Of a DNA stretch of 64,000 nt, positions 12,299-25,441 are shown piece after piece. The DNA is from Basidiobolus meristosporus CBS 931.73 (lineage: Eukaryota; Fungi; Basidiobolomycota). Both the position numbers and the translations under genes were made by a program. Positions within the stretch are counted from its first letter, which is position 1, and each line of letters opens with the position of its first letter. Under the pieces are notes generated by a model. That model ran no database searches. It saw only the letters and a program-made list of their open reading frames with translations, and was not told the origin of the DNA. The DNA is taken from NCBI GenBank assembly GCA_002104905.1, contig MCFE01000162.1, positions 84,956-148,955 on the forward strand, given 5' to 3'.

Positions 12299-15200
12299 TC
12301 ACGATGCGGAATACCACAAGTTGTAATCCAAGCGTACGGCCAGACTCTGTCGTTTGGAGGATGCAGAATCGCGGTACTCCAGCGTATCGATGTACTCTCT
12401 CAGATTTACCAAGAATAATCGGTCGCTAGTTGCTAGGTGTCTATTGTCTTGTGGGATCTGGTACTGGTCGATTGGCTCCGAGGGGCGGGAGTCGCGTTTC
12501 AGAATCCTTTCGGCGAAACTTGTGAATCTACTACATACATCTAGGATCATGTACAAAACCTAACGATCCGGCTTAGTTGGAGGCTTCATGGATGCGATCG
12601 AGAATCGGGACGTATTACCTGTCGTCGGCTCTCGTTAGAGCTATCGATCATACATTCGTGCAGGCAGGAGTCCAGAAAATCCGTGTGGCATTGCAGCACC
12701 TGATCTACCGTGTTGGCCTAAAGCGCAGTATCCCGTCGAAGGTTAGGGCGCGAAACAAAGCGAGAATGAGCCCGTCGGTAACTTACTTTCGTCAGCTGCT
12801 TTTCCAATTTCCCCCAGTTTGGCTCCAGTACCTCGCTGGAAACGAAGTAAAGGATCTGCTGTACAAATTGGAGCATCCGATGGCACTGGGTCTGAATCTG
12901 CAAGGTGGATTTGACGTTGTCCGCCTCCCTTCTTCTCCGGCTATGCTGGATCTCTCGCGAAAGGCTCCAGACATGGGTTAGTTGCTTTTCAACCCCTTTC
13001 AGCTTGACTAGATGCCGGAAGATTTGCTGGTACTTCGCAACCGCCCTGGGGGAGATGACCAACGAAAACGGAAACTCGATGTTGATGTCCAGATTGAGCA
13101 TATCCATTGCCGACTCTATAGATGGATGGTAAAGGACGCTAGTTAGGAAAGCATATATGCTCTGTAGGTTCCGAAGCCCTACTCACTGTTGGCATCCGAA
13201 GTCAGGTTGACCAGACTTCTTTGTAGGTCCGATTCAATGTCTCTAGGGCTCTTCCCAGTGATGTTGGGGGACTCGAAACGGGACACTAAGGAATGACCAG
13301 ATTTAGTGACCCTCAATTCTTCGCGAAACGGGTCGGTGGAGGCGGGGGAGTCAGGATTCCTTAACGCCAGATCCAGCAGTAGCTGTAATTTGGAGAACGA
13401 TGCCTCCAAGTAGGGCTTCCGAAGCTCCGGCCAGGCCAGGTCCAAGAAATGATTGAAAAAGTCCGACTGGTCTAGGAAAAAATAACGCTTCATCGAGCTT
13501 TGCGAGTGGATAGGAAGGTTAGTCTAGTCCCAAAGACCCCGTTTCTAGCCGTATTACCGAAGTCTGCCGAAAACTTGCTTCTCCTTCATGAGCAGATCCA
13601 AGAGCAGCCGGTTGGAATAGATGTAAGCGTCATCGATTTCTTTGATGTATCTAATGGGGCTCCGACGGTTAGCTTATGCGCATAGGAAAAGAAGGCGCAG
13701 CCACTACCTTCCACCCTCTAGAGTTTGAAGTACATCTAAAACCTCCCCGTGGGTTGTATTTCGCTCGAAGTTGCTGTTCTGGTAGCTGCTGAGCAAAGGC
13801 TTGGCGGGGGTAGAAGTAGCTCTAGGTTCGAGTGTTCCGTATCGCTTCATGATGTTCAAGTATTTTCCGGCCAGCAAGATCTTGTCCTTGTATGGCTCAA
13901 GGAAGGAAGGGATTCTGCCATCGCGAAATAGATATTGTCGCTCCCATAATGTGCTATGGAGTTAAAGATGATCGACAAGGGTGCTGGGTAGTGTACAGAT
14001 GATCGATAAGGGCACAAAAGGATATGTGTCATTCACATCATACTTCCATTCGAAATTCTTCATGCTCCTCACTTTAACCATAAACTCTCCGTATGGATCT
14101 CGCAACTCGCCCTGATGGATCCACGATAGTAACATCTGGAAATATGGAGCTGAGGCGTTGGATAGAAGATGTGCGAAGAGGCATTTTGTGGATTGGTCGC
14201 TGAAGGGGATTTCATAAGGATAGGAGGCACCATGTTAGTTTGACATGGCTGCCGTGAGAAAGGGGGCCAACTTACCCTCCCCAGTCAACATACAACTTCA
14301 CCATCACATCCAGAATGACATGTCCTTTCGGATAGGACACTCCTCCACGACTGTTTCTTCGCACTTCGTTGTGGATTGCCATGATGAGTTTGTGAAGGGA
14401 CCTCATGGTCTCCAGGGTAGGTGAAATGTGGAGCCAGAGTTTGTGAAGGGTGAATTCTGGAGACTCGCGGGACTTTTGTTCAAGTTGTACAACAAGCATG
14501 GTGTATTCCTAGGCAAGGTTAATATGGTAAGGATAGAGGAGAGCCTACTGTACTGGAGCTTACTTTAAGCAACTCGCGGATAGCTGCGCAGAGAGCATGA
14601 TTCACTTTCCCACAATCAAACCGGGAGTAGATGGCGATGAAGTTTTCAATCGATGTGTAGTAAGTAACTATTGGGGCAATCTTGCTCACGAGATCTTGCA
14701 ACGTAGGCTCTGCTCGTCAATAACAGGGAATACCGGGGATTTGAATTGCTACAGGTGAGTTACGCGAAACGAATCGAGAACAGAAAAGCAAAGAAACAAT
14801 ACCCATCGAAGTGTCGATTTTACAAACTCCTCCAACCAAATCTGTTTCATCGATAGCCGCCTCATGTAATCTTATGAACCGGCCATCAGTTCCCTAGCAA
14901 TACGACGGTGAGCCCTTGTCCAAGGTATCGTTGTAGGCGAGAATGGATACCATCAATATGTATAGGATGTCTTGTAGTACATGGTATTCTTGCAGAGCAA
15001 CCGGGTACACTCCCAAAGGTAGCCTCTCTTCAGGTCCGGGCTACAGAGCGAAAGGGGTTAAATCGTATTTTTAAGACGGGATACTTGAAATTTAGTGCGA
15101 TCTCCGAACCTCATCGTAGTGAGTGTATAGGTTTGCGAATGGCGTTTCGGGGTAATTGAACTTCACTGCTGAATCTCTGATTACTAATCTACTCGGCAAA

Positions 15201-15310
15201 GGCAGAAGACCAACTTTATACTTACACAAGGACGAATCCTCCTTTGACTGTCTTGTCTGAAAGCCAATTGAGGATGTTATTGAATGGCGTCGAGAGCAAG
15301 GTACAGACAT
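12299..15310 (-). CDS. SPC97: Gamma-tubulin complex component 2 (Spc97/GCP2), multi-exon; start approximate
   Basis: Exons with KRYFFLDQSDFFNHFLDLA, FPFSLVISPRAVAKYQQIFRHL, RMLQFVQQILYF, GKVNHALCAAIRELLK. Confidence 0.85.
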
Positions 15311-15470
15311 CCTCTGCGAATATAATTACAAGCTCCCTAAGCTACGTTTGAACACTTATGAGGGGATAGACCAGGTACGTCGGCTTTTTCGTGTAGAAAG
15401 CCGATAGTCAAGTAAACAAAAGCAATTGATTCTTCAGAAAATCAATCATAACCGAGCCATCCATGCATAG

Positions 15471-15496
15471 CACACACACACACACACGCACACACA
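15471..15496 (+). repeat. (CA)n microsatellite
   Basis: Direct reading of the sequence. Confidence 0.95.
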
Positions 15497-15718
15497 AATG
15501 ATCAAATGGGCTTCCTGATCCACCTCCCAATATTTGCCCACTAGGTTATGTTGGGTGATTAGCTGGTTTTATTGAAATGGAGTTATGCAGCACATCAGCT
15601 CAAAACCAATGCGGATGAGTATTTTCAAGGTCCATCGAGAGAAAGTGGGTTGAATACTAGACCCCCAGTGCCCGTGTTCCAGAGAGGCAACATATATACG
15701 TATGTAGGCGCGGTTGAT

Positions 15719-16564
15719 CTAGTTGATTTTGTTCAAGCGGAATTGATTGGTATGAATTTTCTGGTCCACTTCGTCTGCGTGCCTGTTGACCTTGTCCAAT
15801 ACCTGGTTTTGAAGATCGAGCTCCTCACGCATATTGAGTCCCATATGCTTCAGACGTGACAGAGAAGCCGACATCGTATTCAAGTTATCATTGATCTGAT
15901 GCTCTTGCTCCTCACCTTCCCCATCGAAGGTGTATGGGTTGGGTGCGCCAAAATCGTGGTTTTGGGAAGAGCCATCCCCAGCATACTTGGAGCGAGTGCC
16001 GGGCCGTTTGTTCATAGCGGTAGCCATCCGCTGTTTGGTATCGATGTTGAATTGGAGCAGCTCCTCCTTTCTCTCCTGTTGAGCCCTATGCTCGGCTTGC
16101 AATTTGAGCAGCTCCTTCTCCTTCTTCTTCTTGGAACCGAAAGGATTCGAGAAACTGATCTTGAAGATCGACCCGTTGATCTTCTTTAGCTCGGCAGTCT
16201 TCTGGGCTGCAAGATCGGTTTGGGCATCTGCGATGTCCAATTGGCCTCGGATGCTATTGATGGTTTCTAGAAAGATATAAGGTAAGTATCAAAAGGCGGC
16301 GGTCGAGTGGCTGAGCTATATAAAACCTGATTGCTCTCCAAGCTTCACCAAGGTACTTTGGGCGCTCTCCTCAGCTTGTCTCAAGGTGCGGATGGCGTTC
16401 TGGGTGGAGGCCAGGGTTTCATCACGGGTCTTGTTGATTTGTTGGCGCATGGCGAGAACCTCTGCATCCTCCTCTGCATCGCCAGTTGAAGTATATTCAT
16501 ACTGAGGATCGTATGGAGATTGCTGCTGTTGCTGCTGTTGTCTGAAGCGTCTGAATTCTTCCAT
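15719..16564 (-). CDS. SEC9: Sec9/SNAP-25-like Qbc t-SNARE, 1 intron
   Basis: Two SNARE helices (TLASTQNAIRTLRQAEESAQSTLVKLGEQS; INDNLNTMSASLSRLKHMGLNMREELDLQNQVLDKV); N-terminal polyQ. Confidence 0.88.
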
Positions 16565-17393
16565 GAGGTACAAGAACAAGTGTCGGTGTAACTGCTCGAG
16601 AAGAACCAACCAAAATAAGTCGGAAAGTCACTGGAGAATCGAGATATAAATACCGCATCGGCATTCAGATGGAACTTCCATGCTGGATCACGAGCGGATC
16701 TCACTTATCCACAGAGTGTCACTTTATTCAAGCATCTAACCCTATCTCGCCAATTTGTACCATGCAAAATGGAATCTTGAGTAAACTTTCTGAGCATGTC
16801 TAGACCCAATAGTGATTGGCGATTGCTACGCAGCAGATATAAATAACTGCTTGGATACTTCCACCGAGAAAACAACTGGGCATTTCCTTTTGACACCTAG
16901 GACGCCTGATTGGGCAACCGATACAGTCAATTCATAATCATCATTTAAATCTCTGAATTAGCCAATATTCCCCTGCTTCACTGTAGCCGCTATGACATAA
17001 AGCATCCTGGGTGTCTAATAGGAAGGAGACTCCCCAATTGGGCTGGAGGATGATGATGGGCCTATCGAAAGATACAAAGCAGGCGAAGGATGGATATAGA
17101 TAGGCTGCTTGAGGGAGTTCCATGCGCTTAGGACCCTTACAGGCCAGCAATTAACGTACTCATTGGCAGAGCCATTCATGTTAAACCTCCCAATCTATTT
17201 TTCAGACTGCGCTGACGATATGGAGTTGACGTCTCCTTGGTGTATCTTATTTTTACGTCCGCTAGCCAAGGCAACTCCAGTAGAATGAGTGGCCGGTCAA
17301 GTCATGCCAGGGTATCGGTCTCTAGGAGACGAATACTGTGCAACTATTTAAGCACCAGCTACACCGCCTTCACCTCCATCATCAACACGTATC

Positions 17394-18100
17394 ATGCTTC
17401 CGCAAATCAAGCCATTCATCATTACCTTGCTTACTCTATCCATGGTGACAGGTGCGCCATACACTCATCCCAGGGTAACCAACAAGGTGTACCTGGATCT
17501 CACGCAAGGCGGCAAACCGCTTGGGCGAGTTGTACTGGGACTTTACGGAGACATCGTCCCTAGAACAGTGAACAATTTCAAAGCTCTGATCTCCGGAGTG
17601 AAAGGGACACCATTGCACTATCAAGGCAACAGCTTTCATAGAGTTTTGCGGGATTTCATCATTCAGGCAGGCAGCATCACTCCTCACGGCGGGGATAGTA
17701 TCTACGGGGGATTTTTCAAGGACGAAAATTTCGCTCTCCCTCACAACTCACCAGGTAGGCTTAGCATGACCTGGCAGCATTTGACTTGCTAACTCCATGA
17801 CGACCAGGTATCCTTAGTATGGCGAATGCTGGACCAGATTCGAACACGTCCCAATTCTTCATCACCCTAAACCCGACACCATGGTTAGATGGGTCTTACG
17901 TTGGTATGTGTATTTCGTTTTGATAAACTGGATTTCGTTCGTTGATTAGTTTCTGTCTAGTATTTGGACGCGTCCTGGATGGGATGCATGTGGTAAAATA
18001 TGTATCCGAGACGCCCGTAGATAGTATGTTCAAGCCCTACGAAAGCGTGTTCATCCAAGGGTGTGGAGAGCTCAAGATGGATTCTTCAGACTATTATTAG
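17394..18100 (+). CDS. Secreted/ER cyclophilin (CypB-like PPIase), 2 introns
   Basis: Signal peptide; [50 protein letters not shown]; stop at 18098-18100. Confidence 0.92.
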
Positions 18101-18699
18101 CCAGTAATTGTCAAGCGGTGGCCGCAGTCCGGTTGGCGAAGCAACTCAACTCTCGCCTCGTTCTTAACCGCCGTCAGCTTGCGTCGGAGATACGTCGACC
18201 CAACCTGTATAACCCCAACTCCTTCCAATACCAATTAAACACCCGGTTTATGAACCACAACATTAGGACGCCAACAGCGTTGAATCCACTAAACAATGCT
18301 ATTTTGGCTCCCATATTTACCATCGGATTTTGCAATTGGTGGTATCGCTACACACTATTTATACACTACTAAGGGAGAATGCGGCAATTAAGCTAGTCTG
18401 TGGCCAAGGGACTTCCTAAAGTAGCTCTGGTATATTTGAGTCATGTGTGAGATTAATCAATTGAGTGTGGAGACCATTCAACCAGATCATGTACTCTTCT
18501 ATTCATGAAAGCTCACCTCCGATTGGTTTTTGGGCCTCACTAGGTTACCCAAAGTGCATTGTGCCCATTAGCCATGTTTGGATTCCATGTCGGGCACTGA
18601 GCAGTATATGAAAATACCCTAAGCTGAATGTTACAAGGATCTTGACATCAAATACTCGAGCCATACATCAACTGTATCATACAGAGGTATATTCCACCG

Positions 18700-19050
18700 G
18701 TAAATAACCAGTAAACCCCCAGTTTCTCTCCAGCCTCCAACGCCCTATTTGGGAACCACTACGCTTGTTTCCTTTTGGGATGGTACATCTATGCAGCATC
18801 TGAGTATGGTGTGTCCGCAGTCCCATGTTACATGGAATCGAACTTCGCTCCAGGGACAGAGCTGAATGTGAACTTCCAAGTGGCACATTCTACCCCTGAA
18901 GAGGTAACTGAAGGCAGCGCTGAGCTGAAATGTGAGAATATAAAGGCCTGTCACTTAACATACCTAGACCTACCATTTCCAGAAGTCGAGATTCCTGAAG
19001 CATCCCACGTCAACTGGCCATATCTTTATCCCCCAACTACGCCACAATAA
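18700..19050 (+). CDS. Hypothetical protein exon
   Basis: Open frame with normal CpG content (…CYMESNFAPGTELNVNF…); no family recognised; start unresolved. Confidence 0.3.
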
Positions 19051-21002
19051 ATGTGAGTGAAGTGCCGCCGGGGAATGTAGGTGGCAAACATCCATTGTCT
19101 ATATTGGCATCCTCCTCCCTACGTCTCCTCCTTACTTCCGAGACAATACAGCGAGCACGCAAAACAAAAATTCCCTTGGGTCTCAGATAATCGAGTGAAT
19201 CCTACTCGTAGGTACATCCACTACGGTAGTAGGTGAGCTTTCTAAGCCTGTCGGCGAGGGAGTGAAAAACGCAGTCTTGGAATACAATTAATTAAACCAA
19301 AGATGGCAAACCCCGTATATCATGGCGCAAGAAACACACGAGACATGAACTCACCGACAGACCATCGTCACACACTCACGCCCGCTCTGAAGGATATTCC
19401 CGGGCGCTGTTCTGGCGAGTGGAATACGTGATTTATGGCGGTTACTTCCCATAGCATATCCACTCTACCAGAGACGGTGGCAGAGCAGCGGTACACGGTG
19501 TTACATGGCACGGCGGACACAGGTCAAGTCTGGCCTCCGATGTGTGTCTGATTTGCTTTGAAAAGAAGGACAATGCTGCCGTTCATGCATGAGCATTTTT
19601 ATGCGCGCTCTTGATGTACTCCGAAATTGATTGATTGCCCTCTATGCAAGGATCCCTTGACACAAGAGTAAATCACTGAATTTTTTATGTATAATGAGTG
19701 GAAGTTTGGCGGCAAACATTAGTGTTGGCCCTCCTAATGCCAGCCGTCGGTCGTGATGGCCCATTGGCAGTATTCCTCAACTTCGCCTAGACTCGCTCCG
19801 TACGGTCGATTCGCCCTTTCATCCTGGCCACAGGCTACTCCCAGGGCATCGCAGGCACCAAGGATTTTCAGAACGTTCTATTGTTACAATTGCATGGCTG
19901 TACACCGGACCTATGCATACACCTTTATCTTTGATGCACTAATGCACGTTTATGCCGATGGAAAAGACATCGATGGTACTACGGAGTAATTGAGCTCCAC
20001 TACATCGAATGCGAATCCCTGCTTGTTCCAAGCTCATCATTTATGTAAGACCGGAAAGTAACCAACGAGTGGGCCAGCTTTTGGTGACTCCGTCCTGCTG
20101 AAAGTTACAAACATCCTGTTCCCTGGCTTCGTAGGGAACACGCGAGTATAGGAAGCGACAGTCCAAACGCCATTCGTGCAACGAACCCACCCAATGCGAG
20201 AAGATCAGACGGCATCAGATGGTGCTCCGCCAGGATGAACTCACCAAATCTCTCCAACTGGTTGATGGCGGGATTAGGAAGGAAACTTGGGATTATCTGG
20301 CGGTGCTCTTATTGTCACAGTCCGCTTCAAATAAACACCAATGTATTTGTGCTCACTATGGCCAGATTTGGTTACCCAACTTCCCCGAATGGAACTAATC
20401 CGCTTTGAAATGACCGTTACATCATTGTTCACTGAATTATAACCAGTGGAGGGATAAACGCATCACTTCTACTGGTTCATCATATGCATTGCTTGACTTG
20501 AAATTACGGGCAGGTTGATCCACAACAATGTATTTTATACTTTAATATACCTCAACCCTGTCTTCAGGCAAACCCCCATTGCACTACATATTTATCTAAT
20601 TTACCAGGCGGTGGATTTGAACTCTACATTCTGGTTATATCCTGGGTTGCTTTGCTTAATCCTCCTTTACCTGGTTCAGTCCACTTCTCCACCTCAACCT
20701 AATCTTCACAAGGAAGGGTGCTCTGGGAACTGACCACTCTCTGCTCAAACACACGCGACCTATTGCTCTCCTTCTCACTGCTTACCCTCACCAGATTACC
20801 ACCTGAACAGGACACGCCAATATCCGTGTCGCACAGTATTTCACCAAACCTACTCCCAAGCCCCCTTGTCTCCGTCCTCCGTTGCGGACTGTTGCCAACT
20901 TGTGGCTGGGAAACTCTTTGCCAGGTGCTGCTGCCCATCAGTCTGAAAGACCACTCTACCCAACGCTATCCACCGACTTAGGGCCGCCAAGGCTTTACTC
21001 GT

Positions 21003-24000
21003 ATGAAAACCCGTGAAGCAGAAGCCTACACCAGTTTGGACTTTTTACGGGAAAGCGGGACCAACCGTAAGTTGTTTTCCATTCTGGTCGCCACGCCCCA
21101 CCTTGCTCCTCGCCACTGACCTATTCCTTCTCCCTAACGTAGTCAAGTTGGTTTCGCTTGATGTGACGAATGGCACAAAGCCACTCCTGCTTGTGGAGCC
21201 GGTTGAGACCGGCGGGGTTGAGCTCAGGACAGCCAATCTCTTGCGGTTTATTCAGGACCCTGAACACCCCTCGCGTCTCATTGTACAGCTACCGTATCAG
21301 AGTGGGGAGAGTTCCGGGCTGATATTTCACTTTACCTTTACCTTCAACCAACAAGCCCCGCCGAACATCCTGGCCCTGGTCCATTCCTCGTCCGAGGCGG
21401 AGGTGGAGAGGATCCGCAGCAAGATAGAGAGTGGAAGCGACATCGTAAGTGATCCGATATTCAGCGCCCGGTGGTCCAGCATAGCCCAGTTAATCATTTC
21501 CCATGGCTCTTAGGTGTACGAGCACTCCCACATCGAAATCGTAGACACCTATCCGGTCACCAACGATTCCAACTCGTTTGAATGGACCTTCAACTACTTC
21601 CCGAGAAACGACATGATCATCCCCGGCGAACTGGGCTGGAAAGAAAGCTTCTCGGTAAGTGATACCGCGTCCACCGCCGTCCCCAGAACGCTTCCATATG
21701 CATGCACTGACCCGTTGTACCATTGAAGTTCATAGATTTGGATGTTGGCACGCACACCACCGCAATCGAACTGAGCTTTGACATCTGGGTCACCCACTCG
21801 ATTAAGTCCATCGTTCACTCGCCAGGCAACACCAAACGAAGCCCTCGTCTAACTGAGTTTACTAGGGCATCTAGCCCGGACTCGAGTAACATCGAGGAGA
21901 TGTACTCGACATTCTATCAGCTCTATTCTCCAGTGACCCGTAGCTTGAGCCCCCACATGAACCATTCGAGCTTCTCGTTGCCGAGCACCAGGAGCCAGCG
22001 AAGCGCACGTCACTCTGTTGATGAGGATACGGTGGCACGGCATTCCTTTTCAGGGAAAAACCTCCACAACTCCTTCAATCTGGACATAGTCGACTCACCT
22101 TTGCTCAGGTACAAGATCCAGCAATCCGAGAAAAGCGTTGGCACCCTGAAGCATGAGGTCAAACGTCTGATAAAGGCGGTGGCGGAGTATGAAGAGGCGG
22201 GCCGTGCCGAGATCAGGGCCAGCCGAAAGTTGATCGACGCGGTCAAGAACTCCCGCTGCTTAGATTCGGTCAATCTTTTCTTGGAGAACTGGCTGAATAA
22301 TATACTTCAGTTCCGAGAGACGATCTATGATAAGCTAGAGACTCTGGTGAAGGGCCCTATGGAGCAATTGTACGAAAAGGAGATCAAGTCCGTCGACAGC
22401 AAGACCAAGGAATTCTTGAAGGAGGCGGAGGAGTTTTACCAGTTTGAAGCCAAGCACCTGTCCTCAAAGCATGATAGTCGTAAGCTGAACTCTTCCACCG
22501 ACATCCTGTATGAGAAGCGCAAGGAAAAGTTCAACCAGAGGATCCTTGACATATACGTCTTTCTGCATGAGCTCACCGAGGGGCCAAAAGAGGGCGAGCT
22601 GATGATGTACTTTGTGAGTTTCATTCAGAAATATTTCAGCTACATCAAGGAGGCATACCACTCGGTGGAGGAGAACAACTACGAACTGACCTGTGTTGAG
22701 CGCATCGTTGGCTCCATATGTAAGGCTACTACCGACCAAAGGAAATTGATTCAAGAGCGCCGCAGACAGTCGGAGAAGAGGGCAAACACCAATTCGCTCA
22801 GCATTGGTGAGAGTGCGGGTCTAAGCATTCGGGAGCAACTAAAGTCAAACTCCTTTTCAAGCGCTCGTGGCCTGAAAAATAGGCTGGATTCCCGATTCGG
22901 GGGAGTTCGTGACTTGGGATCGTTTGACATGGAGCAAGCGTCGTCTGCCGGAAGGCACAAAGAAGGCGTGCTTTACTCTCCCGCCAGACGAAGGCCCTCC
23001 AATCTCGACAGTTCCTGGCACGGGAACTGGTGCGTCATCTCCCGCGGGCATTTCTCGGAGATAGTTAATTGGAAGAAAAAGCCCGAAGCCCACAGAGCAT
23101 CCATCAGCTTGAAGCTTGCCTCGGTTCGTCAACTTCCTAACGCTGACCGGAGATTCTGCTTTGAACTGGTGACATTGACCGGAAAACGAGTATACCAAGC
23201 ACTCTCTCACGAGGATATGATCGATTGGATCAATGTGCTGAAGAACGCCATTGAATCCCAGCTGAATGGGATGAGCTCCTCTTCCGACCTGAGGGCAATA
23301 TCCACAGTCGACCATAAGGGGAGGGCCTCTAGGTCGGAGGAAGCGGGCAGCGTGCGTACAGTGCTAAAGCATGACCCAAGCAACGAATTCTGTGCAGACT
23401 GCGGCTCCAAAAACCCTGAATGGTGCTCTATTAACTTCGGGATCCTGTTGTGCATCGGTGAGTGATTGTTGTTTGTCGTAGAACGGCCATGTTACTAAGA
23501 CAGCTCTTGATGATTTGCAGAATGCTCGGGAATCCACCGCAGCCTCGGAACACATGTGTCGAAAATCCGCTCGCTGACGTTGGACAACTCGTTCAGCCCG
23601 GACTTGATTGAGATGATCTCCAGGATAGGCAACCGAGTATTCAACGAAATCTGGGAGGCCAAGATCGTCTCGACGGATGAGATGATCCCAGTTGACCGCC
23701 AGAAATGCCGGAAACCGCGAAATACGGACTCGAGAGAGGCCAAGGCATCGTACATCAAGGCCAAGTACCTCGATCGCAAGTTTGTTCAGTCCCCTCCTAT
23801 CCAGGAGATCGTGAACTCTCCGAGCAGCCTCCTGTTTCACGCGATCGAGACCAATGACCTGGTTGGCGTAATGCGCGCATTTGCCATGGGTGCCGATCTG
23901 AATAAGCCTCTTGGTGAGTGCGAAGCCAATCCAGACGAGAAAATCGACAGCGGGATAACACCGCTCCAATTCGCCCTTTTGCTGCACTCCGATGTTCTAC

Positions 24001-24602
24001 CCAAGGTTAGCCTCGAGCCGACCATGGATCTGGGACGGGGAGACGTGGGATTTCTAAACAAGCAGAAGTCGGTCAGCCACGGCACTCGAATGGCCGGCAC
24101 CCCAGAAAACGGCCACCTTCGCAGACGCACAATCCAAGTCCTGCCTTCACACAAGACACCTTCGCTATCCTCCTCGTCCTACTCAGCGCTGGATTCCTCG
24201 GAAACCTGCTCCATATCTTCCCTATCAGAGATGCCCAACGAGAACATCACTTTCCCGATCCCCGAATTCTTGATCCACAATGGAGTGGACATCAACTCTC
24301 GGTCTTCAAGAGACGCAGTTACAGCGCTGCATCTGGTGGCCTCCAAGGGAGATCTATTTGCCGTTCGATATTTACTGGGAAAGGGGGCTGACTTGAACGA
24401 CATCAGCGATCTTGACCTCAGCTCCATTACCGCAGGGGGCAAGCTAGTGGCGAATTTGAAGAAGACCAACGACCTCGCCTCCACCCATACCCTGAGCAAG
24501 GCGCTGAAAAGTCGAGTATCGACTCCTTGTATGCACCCCAGTTCCCAGAGGTTGTCTACCTCGAAACTAGACCGGCTGAGTGTAGCAAGATTATTCAAGT
24601 AG
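21003..24602 (+). CDS. ArfGAP with N-terminal fungal domain, BAR, PH, ArfGAP and ankyrin repeats (centaurin-beta/Age1-like), 4 introns
   Basis: [32 protein letters not shown] zinc finger; PH (RRFCFELVT…WINVLKNAI); ANK (TALHLVASKGD); introns at ~21065, ~21445, ~21655 and ~23460. Confidence 0.92.
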
Positions 24603-25441
24603 ACATAGCACATATTGTTTGTATAATTCTTCATCACCATTTTGTTTGAGTTTCTCTAGATCCTTGGTTTCTCGGATTTTTGTACAACATTTTTCGTTAA
24701 TACCCAGGTTGCTTCTGATCTTCTGGGCCATTGTATGTGCCGAGAACCGTGGTTGATTGGATGCTGCTATACATCCTCAACGCACTCTCTACACATGATA
24801 AGCGCCCTTTGCTCGAGGCAATGATGGTGTGCCACCGTCCCAGCCCCCTACACGCCACAGCGGTAGGCCAGCCTACCGTGGGGCGTTGCCATAAGATGCC
24901 CCCTAATTAAAGTTAATTCCATCTTCAAATATAATCGAATAAATCGCTCTTTACCCGGGCCCCCTCATTGTCAGAGCGTGTGCGTCACTCAGCAAGGAAA
25001 GACAAGCCGCCTGTCCAGTTGATGGGGGCAGCGATGGGCGTGGGCCTCAGGTGCCAAGCTTGTGCGTTCGAATCGACTCACACTCACCATGCTATTACTG
25101 GCAAACACTCAACACACGCCATTCTCCATGCGTGGGATTTTATTGTTGCCAAAAAAGTCCACGGGATTGCCAAATTGTAGGTAGGACAAGTATCCAGAAT
25201 ACGGGGATCATTTCGGGGAACGAGGCATCACTACTGTTTGAAATGTGCCAATGGGTGCGCAGACGAATGGGGGGGGTTTCACACCGCGAGCGAGTCGAAT
25301 TAGGTGGGTAGTAATAAATTTAGGCTCTTATTAAGGAGTTCACAGAGGTTGATCTAGAAATAAAAGACAGCGGGGAGGGGGAGGGGCAGGGGCAGGGTCA
25401 CATCTCGGGCGCTTGGAAAGGAGGCAGACGGGGCGGGCAGC

